Origin: Octopus bimaculoides
Lineage: Eukaryota
Assembly: GCF_001194135.2 (NCBI RefSeq)
Contig: NC_068982.1
Location: forward strand, 68,921,229-68,969,129
Reading direction: 5' to 3'
Length of the DNA stretch: 47,901 bases
Both the position numbers and the translations under genes were made by a program. This document shows positions 13,156 through 25,398 of this stretch, in pieces. Within the stretch, counting starts at the first letter, position 1; each line of letters starts with the position of its first letter. The notes beneath the pieces were generated by a model. The model did no database searches, was not told the origin of the DNA, and saw nothing but the letters and a program-made list of their open reading frames with translations.

Positions 13156-14496
13156 TAGCTGACAGACCGCCACTTTGTTTTCTTTTTTTTATGATTACAT
13201 AAAATCACCAGTAAGCGTATGCTAATACCACGGGGTCTTCGATTGCAAGTTATGTCCATATTACTAACATTGCATTTCGAAACACCTAGTTAGAATAGAG
13301 GCAGCTGACGAAGGAATAATTCCAAGTGGCTATCTGTTTTCCTATGTGTTCGTTCCGTTGTCTGTAGTTAATTTTTCTAACGTCCTGTACCCTGATATGC
13401 ATCTATATACACATGTAGATGTAAGTATGTACATATATGTGTGTATACATGCATATATATTCTTTGTATTATTTATATATATACCGATAGATAAATAGAT
13501 AGATATTGCCGATGAATACTGTTTCCCTATAATGAACATGTTGATAGATCTATATGAAGAAGAGGGATTTGACGCTCATGTTTTCCTTTGATTTGTCTAT
13601 GACGTCAGGGAAGGGAAGTAATTACAACTAGGAATCAAAGTAGGATTAGAGACGACGTTCCGGTCATAATAAGTACAAATTTACTGTTGTATTTAGTCAT
13701 CGGAAACATCTCCCTTTAGACGATACGTGTTCATGACGTACAAAATTCATTGATGTAAGAGGTTTTGTAACACCGCGTTGTTTCGACCTTATTGTGTACT
13801 TTAAAGCCCCCTTACACCACTGAATTGTGTGTGTTATGAACACACATCATGTAAATATAAGGGACGCTCTCCGCTGATGAAATACAAATGCAATCATCAT
13901 ATTCAAGTTTGAATTTGCCAGACTATATTAAGAATGAATAGATACATTATTGTTAAGATTCTCACTATATTGCGTAAACATCAGAAAACAACGAAACTGT
14001 ACTGGAATGTCACACTGAAATTTGTTAATTTGTTTCATCATTACACTCTCTATGGGTAAGTTGTCTTACGTAAATTTAAATATATTCACTTTAATATATC
14101 TTCAGCATATCACTCTTAATATTCTCGTGCTTACGATAATTTCAAATATAAATTGTGCTCTAAACTTTAACAAAATTTCTCTCCTCACACAAAATTATTC
14201 ATTGTATATCTGGATAACAAAAGAAAATTCTTTAATTGAGAATTGTAAATCTTCAGATATAATTTTTAGTAAAAGTAAAAGCGAATTATCTCGAGATTTT
14301 GTTTTATCTACAAATTAAAATCTTGTTCAAGATGGGTTGCTTTTCGTAGTTAGTTGATGGATGTTGAAAAGGTACTCCTTCCTGGTTTTAATCAAACTGT
14401 CACTGCAATGGTTTAGCTATTTCACAATTTTCTTCACATAACTGATCTTTCGATCAGTAGCTTTCTCGGACAAACGATAGTTATTAGTGACCAGGT

Positions 14497-15150
14497 AAAG
14501 CGGTGAGCTGGGAGAATCTTTAGAATGCCGGGCAAAATACTTAGCGGCTTTTCGTCCGTCCTTACGTTCTGAGTTCAAATTCCGCTGAGGTCGACTTTGC
14601 CTTTCATACTTTGGGAGTCGATGAAATAAGCACCAGTTACGTACTGGGGTCGATGTAATCGACTAGCTCCCTCCCACAAAATTTCAAGCCGTGTGCCTAT
14701 AGTAGACAGGATTATCAGTGACTAGGCTAAATTCTTCGAGAGTCGGACATTTTTTCTGGCTCTTCACCATCTAAATTCAAATCTCGCAGACATCAATTTT
14801 ATCTTTTATCCTTTCGAGATCGATAAAATAAAGTAAAACTCAGGTACCGGAGTATATGAAATCGACTCTCTCGTCAAAACTGCTGGCCTTGAGCTAAAAT
14901 TTGAAACAGTTATTAAAAACATTAGGCTGGCGAGCTAGTAAAATTGTTAGAGCTTTGCAAAAAGTGATTTGCGATAGATATTTCTTGTAACTTTTTACAC
15001 TGAGTTCAAACTTCGCCGACGTCAATATGCATTTCACCTCTTCAGAGTCGATAAAATAAAATACCAGTAAAGTATTGGAGTCCATAGCATTGACTAATCC
15101 CTCTCCTTAAAATTGGTTGCCTTGTGCCATAATCAGAAACCATTATTACT
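14497..15150 (+). mobile_element. three head-to-tail family A SINEs
   Basis: Units at about 14497-14715, 14716-14915 and 14925-15150, each with B-box-like, gtcgataaa and ccttgtgcc-like modules. The second and third are more diverged. Confidence 0.75.
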
Positions 15151-15484
15151 GAACATAGAAATGGCTTATCATCTTCCTAGTATACTAACATGACAGTGAA
15201 TATGTAATAAGAAAGATATTATAACATAATTATTTCTAGTTATATGCATTTAATAATATTTATATCAAATAAAAACTTCTGAAAATTTCTTGAAAATGAC
15301 AGTTATAAGAACTAGTGAATTCCATATCCGAAAGGTGACTCTCCCGTTGAAATGATATCATGAACTGTTTGATTTGTATTGGAATATTTACCTAATTTAC
15401 AAGATATTAAGAATATTTATTGGGTTGCCCTGATATATATATATATATATATATGTTTATTTTAGTTTTATAAGAAGAGGACCC

Positions 15485-15565
15485 ATAGTGACTTCGAAGT
15501 TAGGGTCTGCTAGCCTTCATCGGATGTCGACGAAGCCTAGCTGACCGAAACTGCGAAGTCACTGT
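15485..15565. repeat. imperfect palindrome with hammerhead-like halves
   Basis: agtgacttcgaagttagggtctgctagccttcatcg pairs with cgacgaagcctagctgaccgaaactgcgaagtcact (about 36-bp arms, 6 mismatches). Related sequence at 34738-34800. Confidence 0.65.
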
Positions 15566-15659
15566 CGTACTTCTTCCTGTAAAAGTATATCTCACATGTA
15601 CTCTACAACAAAGTATTGAGTAATTCTTCAGTTAAAAGTTTAATTGTTTGTATTACAAT

Positions 15660-15775
15660 TTGTCGTGGTTGTTGTAGTAAGAAGTTTGCTTCCCATCTAC
15701 ATGGTTCCAAATTCAGTCCTACTGTATGAGACCTTGGGCAAGTGTCTTCTATTATAGCTTACCAAAGTCTTGTGA
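15660..15775 (+). mobile_element. SINE family B head (3'-truncated)
   Basis: gtaagaagtttgcttccc...accttgggcaagtgtcttct matches 46010-46170. ccttgggcaagt is the CORE-SINE motif as recalled from MIR. Confidence 0.75.
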
Positions 15776-16072
15776 CGTGCTTTTGCCTGTCTCTTCTCAA
15801 AGCTCGTTTCTCCAGCGTTCACCACTTCACCTCGTTATGGCTTAACAGCTCTTATCGTTTGTTTTTACTGTTTTCTTCTCACTGTCCTGTTTTTTGTTTT
15901 TTATGTTCTCGTTTCTCATTTTGTTCACGTTTTTTTTGACGTCCTGTACCCATATATGCATGTAGGTATGTACATATATGCATGCATATATGCATATATA
16001 TATAGGTATGTACATATGCATATATATAGGTATGTATATATATGTATATATATGTATATATATATATGTATA

Positions 16073-16139
<67 letters not shown>

Positions 16140-16499
16140 NNNNNNNNNNNNNNNNNNNNNNNNNNNNNNNNNNNNNNNNNNNNNNNNNNNNNNNNNNNNN
16201 NNNNNNNNNNNNNNNNNNNNNNNNNNNNNNNNNNNNNNNNNNNNNNNNNNNNNNNNNNNNNNNNNNNNNNNNNNNNNNNNNNNNNNNNNNNNNNNNNNNN
16301 NNNNNNNNNNNNNNNNNNNNNNNNNNNNNNNNNNNNNNNNNNNNNNNNNNNNNNNNNNNNNNNNNNNNNNNNNNNNNNNNNNNNNNNNNNNNNNNNNNNN
16401 NNNNNNNNNNNNNNNNNNNNNNNNNNNNNNNNNNNNNNNNNNNNNNNNNNNNNNNNNNNNNNNNNNNNNNNNNNNNNNNNNNNNNNNNNNNNNNNNNNN

Positions 16500-16533
<34 letters not shown>

Positions 16534-18801
16534 TTTATAAGATAATCATTACTGTTTCCAGAAAACAACACCCGCTATATATATACATACACACACATAT
16601 AATATTAAGTGACAGGGTAAGATCGTTATACAATTTTGCTTTATACTTTAAACTTTTTGCCATGTAAATGTATGTTCGTTTTTTATTTTGTTTACTTCTA
16701 CTAACGTTTTAAAATACATAACTTTTATCAAAATATTTATTTGTTAAAGAAGATACTGGAACTGAAGCTAGCTATTAATTACAACCTAAGTTTTCTGACG
16801 CATTAGCTCGAGTGTATATGTTTTGACAGCGAACACGCAGCTTCATTCAACTTTCCTTTCAGACTCTGGAAGGTTGACAATTTCCCCACATGGTGTACTC
16901 TTACATCTCAATCTAGAGCCGTTTGTCTTCACTAGCCGTATATTTTGACACATTCGGTTTTCCTGGGTTAAAGCATTAATCAAAACTGTTCTGTGACGGA
17001 AAGCTAACCGCTAAGTTTTGGTTTCTTGCCATTTAATCGGATATTATGAAAATGGGGAGAGGTGCAAGTTAAAGGGAAGTAAGTCATTACTAACAGATGG
17101 TTAAACCAATTAATCATCGTTTTCTTCTCAATGTGAATAACACTTCGCTAATGTTTTCTTCTATCGTTCGAGGTGATAAATACAAATTCTCTACTTTTCT
17201 CTATATTTCTAAGAGATTCAACTATAAATAGAATTTGACATCTCTTCTTATTTAAAAGTTTTCCTATCTATGTTCAGCAATAATAAAGCGCTACAAATAC
17301 CACCAACAAAAAGCACGAACTTCAGTGTCTTGAATAATGAAATATATCCAGTTCCTGAAAATGGAGCATGGGTGACAGCCTTTATAAAATAATCATTACA
17401 ATTTCCAGAAAATCAGCAACAAAAAAGAAGCAAACAAGAGAAATGGTATTATATTTCACTCAGTACTGTCGTCATCCTATCTATCATTTCTTAATGAATT
17501 CCATCTTTGAAGCCGTGCACATTAAACATACAACAGAATTATGATTGCAAAGGAGGTGTTAAAATCAAAGTAAAAACAAAAATATTCTTAAGATCATGTA
17601 AGTGATTTAAACGGAGTGTCTATATTATAATTAAAATTTTTATCACGGAGTTTATATCAGTAAGAAATTCGGTTAGCTTTCATCAGGAAATTTTTAATAT
17701 TTTCAAGCCAGAGAGTGAACATATCTATCACGGTTGAAGAAATGTAGGATAAGTTATTTAGGTTCGATACTAATTAAGCATTTACGGTTTTGTTTTCGAA
17801 CCTGCAAATCTTAAGAGACGATAATAAACTTTCTAAAATTCATCAGAATCTTAAAACTGATGTTCTAGATCAATGACTCTCAATTAAGGATCTATAATGG
17901 CTAGTTCATAAATTAGCCTTCGGTTTGTTATTAAAAAATAATAACAGCATCAACAAACACAACAAAAAGAACCCAAAGTTTTCATTAAAACAAGACTTTA
18001 CCAAACTTCTCTGACGACCTTTTGAACGCAGAATTAGCTTTTCTCATTAAATTTGTATTGTTTCGTTTCGTTTCTTAGAAATTCATTAAAATAGGATTTT
18101 ATTAATTTTTTTCTTTCTTTTTGTGAGGAAAACTACGACTAACAAAAGATATTGATTATGTCACAAATATATAATTTTGAAAAGAAACAATAACAAAGGA
18201 CAAAAAACAAAAACAACAATAAACAAAAATCAAACAAAAACACACACCGAGTAAAGAGCAGACTAAAATAATATTTCGTTGATCGGATGCTCTCTATTTA
18301 CAAGGAGGGTTGATCAACGAACTTTAAACGGATACGCTAGCTGCTTTCCTTTTCATGGAAACAGCAATATCCAAATATTTTCTCTCGTCACTTGATAACT
18401 CTTTACTCGCTTTCATTATTGTCGTCTGCTCTAAGATAAACGCAGACGATTTTTCTTTCATCAAAATCGTCGCAGTCAAGAGATATTTGATAAAACAGAT
18501 AGTCTCCTCCTCACCAATAAAAAAATAATGTCAATAAATGTCAATAAATTATAAAAAGAGGGGGTGTTTATACTTTATTTAATGTTAAGTATTGCTTCAT
18601 ATTGAATATTAAAAGTCCATATCGCTTAAATTATAATTAACTGTTTAATTAGTGGAACAAGATAACTATTAGTTTTTAAGGTCGTCTGAAATATAGATTT
18701 CATTCTTTGAGTGTTAGTTGTTTACACAATTTTTCATTGCTTTTAGTTAGTTGATCGTCAACCTACGAAACAGCTTTAGGTCGTTGTTGTTGTTGTTGTT
18801 G

Positions 18802-18842
<41 letters not shown>

Positions 18843-18857
18843 GTTATTATTATTATT

Positions 18858-19083
18858 AAGGCGGCGAGCTGGCAGAATTGTTAGCACGCCGAGCGAAATA
18901 CTTAGCGGTATTTCGTCTGCCGATACGTTCTGAGTTCAAATTCCGCTGAGGTCGACTTTGCCTTTCATCCTTGCGGGGTCGATAAATTAAGTACCAGTGA
19001 AGCACTGGGGTAGAAGTAATCAACTAGCATCCTCCCCACCCCAAATGTCAGGCCTTGTGCCTATAGTAAAAAGGATTATTATT
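18858..19083 (+). mobile_element. full-length SINE family A (type-1 tail)
   Basis: A-box-like tggcagaattgtta, B box gagttcaaattcc at 18932-18944, tail ggccttgtgcctatagtaaaaaggattattatt. Preceded by (TTG)n(TTA)n. Confidence 0.85.
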
Positions 19084-19084
19084 A

Positions 19085-19530
19085 GCGCATGCTATCAAAG
19101 TGACACTGGGGTACAATTATACGAAGCCCAATATACCCGCATGACTACCCGTCTGATAAGGGTACACCAGGCACATGCATCNNNNNNNNNNGCATGACTA
19201 CCCGTCTGATAAGGGTACACCAGGCACATGCATCACAACCACATGTGCGCGACCTGGTGATCTTATATCAAGATAAACAGCGCATGACCTTGCAAGTGGT
19301 GCCCAGTTAAAATTTTCTTCAGGTTGAGTAGCCCATCCCGCACAAAAGGTCCCTGAATAAAGTTTGTTTAAGGATGATGAACGAAACACCCATGTTTCCA
19401 GAGGTGAATTGTTCAAACCCTAAAGAATTCCTCTCAACACATGGTATGATGTTTCCCCACTATTTCTGCTCGTGATCAGAGATGCACATATCGTCAGCCA
19501 CTAAGGGATATATGCTCAACTAGATAAGGT
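19085..19530. repeat. unclassified interspersed repeat (recalled from octopus DNA)
   Basis: GC-richer island between a SINE and a mariner remnant, with no ORF. Only one copy is in this window, so repeat status rests on recall. A 43-bp block is duplicated across the N gap at 19182-19191. Confidence 0.35.
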
Positions 19531-19536
19531 CTATCA

Positions 19537-19852
19537 TCTGGACTATCATCTCTTCGGCCCCATGAAAGAGAGTTTGTGAGGCAAACATTATTCCAGTGAC
19601 GAGGAAGTGAAAACTGTAGTGAAGAAGTGGCTCAAAGAATAGTCAACAGAATTTTACGGGGCAGGGATACATGCTCTCATTTGGAGGTTTTGGAGGTGGA
19701 ACATTGCTACTGAGAGAAACAGTTACTATGTTGAGAAGTAGGGATGTGATCCACAGAGAACCAGCTTCATTCTGATGCATGATACATGTTCCTGTGTTGG
19801 TAATTATACCTGTCCTAAACAAAATAGCATTACTTTTTGACTCGCCCTCGTA
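19537..19852 (+). mobile_element. mariner transposase C-terminal remnant plus right TIR
   Basis: Translates (with stops) as DYHLFGPMKESL*GKHYSSDEEVKTVVKKWLKE*STEFYGAGIHAL...WNIATERNSYYVEK, the mariner region following the third catalytic Asp. Ends in ttactttttgactcgccctcg|TA. Confidence 0.85.
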
Positions 19853-20494
19853 AATATATAATAGATACTTATTTTTGGTGCTACATTAGTCAAGGCACAT
19901 GTTTTCCCATTCTCTATATGACACCAAGTTTCATACCAAGCTCAGATCGCTACACTGAGAAATGCTTGCAACTCTTAAAAAGTTATATTCACAAAATAAG
20001 AGAAAAAATTAAATTTACTCTTAATAGTCAAATTTTGAGAAACGATGACCCAAACATAAACAACATTAACAAAACACACTATAACTGCGAACAAATCCAT
20101 TAACATCAACAACAACAAAAATAACAACTCAGCTTTGACAAGTGTTACAAACCCAAAGGAAATCAGTCAACTCCAGGAAAAGGGAAAACGTGGTGGAAGA
20201 AATGTGGCTGTATCTGAGTTATTCATCCAAGAAAGGATGAGAAGAAAGGCCGAACATTTTTAAAATAAAAAATTGAAAAGGTCCCCATAACCTCTTGCGA
20301 GGGAATTTGGGGGGAAATATGGCAAGAAGTAAACTACATCAATCGAGCGAGGCCATATAAAAGCGAGCGTCAGATGAAACGATGGGACAATCGGAGCTGG
20401 TGAACCTGTCACCAGTGCACAAATATGTGTCGCAGTACATAGGGAAAAAGAAATGTGCGTTTCATTGCCAGAATTATAATAGTAACATTGACCC

Positions 20495-20928
20495 TTCGCT
20501 TATTCTTTTCTACTCTAGGCACAAGGCCCGAAATTTTTGGGGAGGGGGCCAGTCGATTAGATCGATCCTAGTACGCAGCTAGTACTTAATTTATCGACCT
20601 CGATAGGATGAAAGGCAAAATCGACCCCGGCGGAATTTGAACTCAGAACTTAAAGACAGACGAAATACTGCTAAGCATTTCGCCCGGCGTGCTAAAGTTT
20701 CTTATTTATTTATTGCCCACAAGGGGCTAAACATAGAGGGAACGAACAAGGACAAAGGGATTAAGTCGATTACATCGACTCCAGTGCGTAACTGGTACTT
20801 AATTTATCGACCCCGAAAGGATGAAAGGCAAAGTCGACCTCGGCGGAATTTGAACTCAGAAAGTATCGGCAGTCCAAATACCGCTAAGCATTTCGTCCGG
20901 CGTACTAACGTTTCTGCCAGCTCGCCGC
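20495..20928 (-). mobile_element. two adjacent family A SINEs with different tails
   Basis: 20495-20700 has the type-1 tail (ggccttgtgcctagagtagaaaagaataa on minus) and lacks the head tip. 20701-20928 is full length with the type-2 tail (ccctttgtccttgttcgttccctctatgtttagccccttgtgggc). Confidence 0.85.
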
Positions 20929-21654
20929 TCGCTTATTGTCACTTTCGCATCACAATAGAACGATGGCGACTAAATTAGTCNNNNNNNNNNNNNNNNNNNN
21001 NNNNNNNNNNNNNNNNNNNNNNNNNNNNNNNNNNNNNNNNNNNNNNNNNNNNNNNNNNNNNNNNNNNNNNNNNNNNNNNNNNNNNNNNNNNNNNNNNNNN
21101 NNNNNNNCACACACACACACACACACACGAAAATATAGACTGAATGCAGTGAAATTGCCGTCGGGAGTGGATAATCCAACGTTTCGGACGGATTCCTTCT
21201 CCAGAGTAAAATTGATCTCTCTCTCTTTCTTTCTCTGTTTCTCTCTCCCTCTTCTCCTCTCTCTCCCTGTATCTCTATCTGTATGTCTAAGTATCTGACT
21301 CTGCCGGAGCTGAAATAAGGCGGCTGCTGTGCTGATGACGCCTAATGTGATAGAAAAACACTTCCAGGGCTATCGTCTTATTTCCAGACAACTAGAGTGC
21401 CTTTTCTTTATGGAGAATTTTTGACTCTTGAGATTGCCCTCGAATATGGCAAGAATATCATTTAATTAACTTTAAATTTCTTTTTAGTTTATTTTAGCTA
21501 GAGATCTCAATGAACCTCCACTTTCAAAAGGGTTATTGTTCCCATTTATGTATGAACATAATATTGTATGAAAATTTACGTATGAAAATAATTTGTTCCC
21601 ATTTATGTATGAAAATAATATGGAAGATATCTCAATCAAGTACCATTTCACACA

Positions 21655-22100
21655 CACACTACCACCACCACCACCACCACCACCACCAAGCGAATCATAA
21701 AAACAAAATCCACTCCTATCTTCATTTCTGCTTCTCCTGTACTACTTCCAAAATCACCACCATCACCAGCAGCAGCAGCACCGTCATCACCACCAGCATC
21801 ACCCGCACCACAGCCACTACCTTCTCCACTACCATCTCTACGATCACTATCAACACTATAGTCGTCACACTAAAACCACCGCCACCATCGCCGCCAGCTA
21901 CATAAAATCCACAATCGAGACCACAACCATCTGGAACACAACACGACCTAGTCTACCACCATCACCACCATCACTACCGCAATCAATATCACAACCATCC
22001 CACCACCTAGTCTACCACCACTTTGTCTACCACCCCCATCGTCAACACCATCGTATACTCCATCACCATCGCCACTGAAATTTCTGTTCCTTCCACCACC
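21655..22100. repeat. (ACC)n/(ATC)n cryptic simple repeat
   Basis: Degenerate cac/cat/acc triplets. Confidence 0.8.
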
Positions 22101-22870
22101 AACAAAAGCAACTAATGAATTAGTCAACCAAATAAGCTAGTTGGCCTCAAAAACGATTTTTGTTCTCTCAGAAGATAAAAGCCAAGTCAAATAGACAGCG
22201 TTGTTATACGATCGTTCTCCTGGCTATATCAAAGTATCGATGTAACAACATAACGATGCTTTGTAAACATTTAATATAATTTAATATCAATCAATGGTTA
22301 ATCATTACTATTTTCATAGATCTTCCCTTCAACGATGACCGTTATAGATTTGGTTTTGTACTGAAAATGCAAGCAGATGCGAACATCCAGACAAATATTA
22401 TATAGTTAGAGACAAGACTTTAGATTTCTAGTGAAAGAGGGGGGGGAGGTATGTTGTGATGTTCATGGCTTAAGCAAATTAGTATTTAGAGTAAAATGGG
22501 TATTTGTGTCTTCTAGTCTATACTAAATGTGAATACATATGGACATTTTATATGGCACAACATTTTCGAACATCTGTAGGAGTAGCATGAGAAAGCGTGA
22601 TACAGTGGCTTATAATTCCTGCGCACAAAAAGTGAAGTGAACTTGCAAAAATTGGGAATGGAAACTGGGCAAGCATTAAGAGCTTTTATTTATTTTGTTG
22701 GCACGAAAAAACGAGCAAGTAAATGTGGTCTCTACGCAGTTAGACGACTTGTTAAAAATAGAAACCAAATATCTCTCATGCCATGTTCTACTCTCTTTGA
22801 AAGGAAGGTGACATAGATTATGTTTCAAAAAGACAGGAGGGTCATATCTGGTACACGTTAGTTATATGCC

Positions 22871-23424
22871 GATATTGATCAACGTTCTGGGAGACCAGCA
22901 ACCAGCAGAACTGAGGAAAAACATCGCAGATGTGCATGCAGTTGTGAGGGGAAATCGTCGAATCATCATCTGAGAGTTATCAGAAGACGTGCAGATTAGT
23001 TACGGTCCAGTTCAGTTCACTATCACTGAAGATTTGGGTATGAGACGTGTGTCTGCCAATTTTGTGCCAAAACAAGCTTTCAGCTGACCAAAAAGACACT
23101 CGGGTTTCAGTTGCACAATATCTAGATTTGTTGAGAACGTTGAAAATTTTTTGAAAACTTCGCGTAGGCCTCTGAGCAGGTATCGCCAAGCTTTTGGTAA
23201 AATTTGATGCAGATTGTCTACTCAAATTTCTCTGTTATGTTTAATGCGACGATCACACGCTCCACACCTTCCTTCCAAGCACTGCTGTAAACAGTGGAAG
23301 TGAGCTAGAACTTTAAAACTTTAAAACAGAGTTCAAGGTCAATCTGTGCCATGCAGCTTCACTCTGAGTGCATTAGCTTCATAAGTATGGTAATAGTCCG
23401 GATACTTATTGATCAGACCACGTA
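22871..23424 (+). mobile_element. rearranged mariner, copy 1 (HTH region plus inverted left end)
   Basis: 22871-23160 aligns to 36563-36855 (RSGRP...FLKT). 23156-23422 is an inverted copy of the left end, finishing ...gatcagaccacg|TA. Confidence 0.85.
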
Positions 23425-24375
23425 TATGTGTGTGTGTGTGCGCGCGCGCGTGCGTGGAGTTATAAGGAAAACAATGTACAATTACATTTTTGTGCGTATG
23501 TATGTACGCACACATACACACACACACACACACACACATGTTCCTGTGTGTTTATATATAATCCTGTGTGCATATATGTATCTGCATATAGTATGTATAT
23601 GCACGCGTATGTGTGTGTGTGCGTGTGTGTGTACGTGTGTGTGTGTGTGTATGTGTACGTGTGCGTGTGTGTGTATGTGTGTGTGTGTGTGCGAGCAAGG
23701 TGTATGAATATATACGCGGTCATGTGTGTTGAAATAATTACAAACTTTAAAATGAAACATGGTGAATATAGATTTAATTCAAGAAAAATATACAATGAAA
23801 GACAGAGAAAATAATGCAAACGATTCTAAGAAACGAATGGTAAAAAAGACAAACAAAAAAAATGCGCTATCATGCACACAAGCACACACCCACTATTGAG
23901 CATATATATACACACGTACCAAAACATACATATACGCATCTGTAAAAAAATCAGAGGCGGATAATGTTACAATTTGCTGATTAGAATGTGACAGCAAGTG
24001 TTTCCTTTGTCACTGTTTATCCCTCACCACTAACTATCACAGGGGACTATTCCGTTCTCTTGTGACAGGTTTGTGTGTGTATATGTGTGTGTGTGTGTGC
24101 TGCTCCAACTTGTCTATCTTACTCTCTCCGTCTCGCTGTATGTGGACCATCCCTTGTGTTTATGCTACTCTGTGTGTGCGCGCGTGCGCGTGTATGTGCG
24201 TGTATGGGAGTGTGCGCGTATGGGAGTGTTCGTGCATGCGAGTGTGCGTGCATGGGAATATGCGCGCCTGTGTATTTCTGTTCATGTGTATCTGTGTGTG
24301 TGTATGTGTGTGTGTGTGTGTGTGTGTGCATCCAGTTGAAGTCTCTCTAAATATTCCTGTATCTGTCTGAAGGAC

Positions 24376-24437
<62 letters not shown>

Positions 24438-24595
24438 ATTTTTAATCATTTTCATTCACGTTTAATTACATCAGTTATTGTTTCTTTCCGTGTTTTTCGT
24501 GTGGAGTGTGGATTTATGGATTTGTGTGCATGTATGTATGTATGTATGGCTTTCTACCGTCTGTGCAACTTTTATACACACACATGCATACAAGA

Positions 24596-24641
<46 letters not shown>

Positions 24642-24654
24642 GAGAGCATACTTT

Positions 24655-24695
<41 letters not shown>

Positions 24696-25323
24696 NNNNN
24701 NNNNNNNNNNNNNNNNNNNNNNNNNNNNNNNNNNNNNNNNNNNNNNNNNNNNNNNNNNNNNNNNNNNNNNNNNNNNNNNNNNNNNNNNNNNNNNNNNNNN
24801 NNNNNNNNNNNNNNNNNNNNNNNNNNNNNNNNNNNNNNNNNNNNNNNNNNNNNNNNNNNNNNNNNNNNNNNNNNNNNNNNNNNNNNNNNNNNNNNNNNNN
24901 NNNNNNNNNNNNNNNNNNNNNNNNNNNNNNNNNNNNNNNNNNNNNNNNNNNNNNNNNNNNNNNNNNNNNNNNNNNNNNNNNNNNNNNNNNNNNNNNNNNN
25001 NNNNNNNNNNNNNNNNNNNNNNNNNNNNNNNNNNNNNNNNNNNNNNNNNNNNNNNNNNNNNNNNNNNNNNNNNNNNNNNNNNNNNNNNNNNNNNNNNNNN
25101 NNNNNNNNNNNNNNNNNNNNNNNNNNNNNNNNNNNNNNNNNNNNNNNNNNNNNNNNNNNNNNNNNNNNNNNNNNNNNNNNNNNNNNNNNNNNNNNNNNNN
25201 NNNNNNNNNNNNNNNNNNNNNNNNNNNNNNNNNNNNNNNNNNNNNNNNNNNNNNNNNNNNNNNNNNNNNNNNNNNNNNNNNNNNNNNNNNNNNNNNNNNN
25301 NNNNNNNNNNNNNNNNNNNNNNN

Positions 25324-25398
<75 letters not shown>

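Noticed and set aside
19138-19234. Direct repeat of about 43 bp around a 10-N gap; similar 12-bp duplication at 26210-26243
   Set aside because: This is the typical unmerged contig-overlap artefact, not a biological duplication.
21510-21905. 131-aa ORF with His, Thr and Pro runs
   Set aside because: It is an (ACC)/(ATC) low-complexity repeat, antisense to the otp intron, with no splice or domain support.
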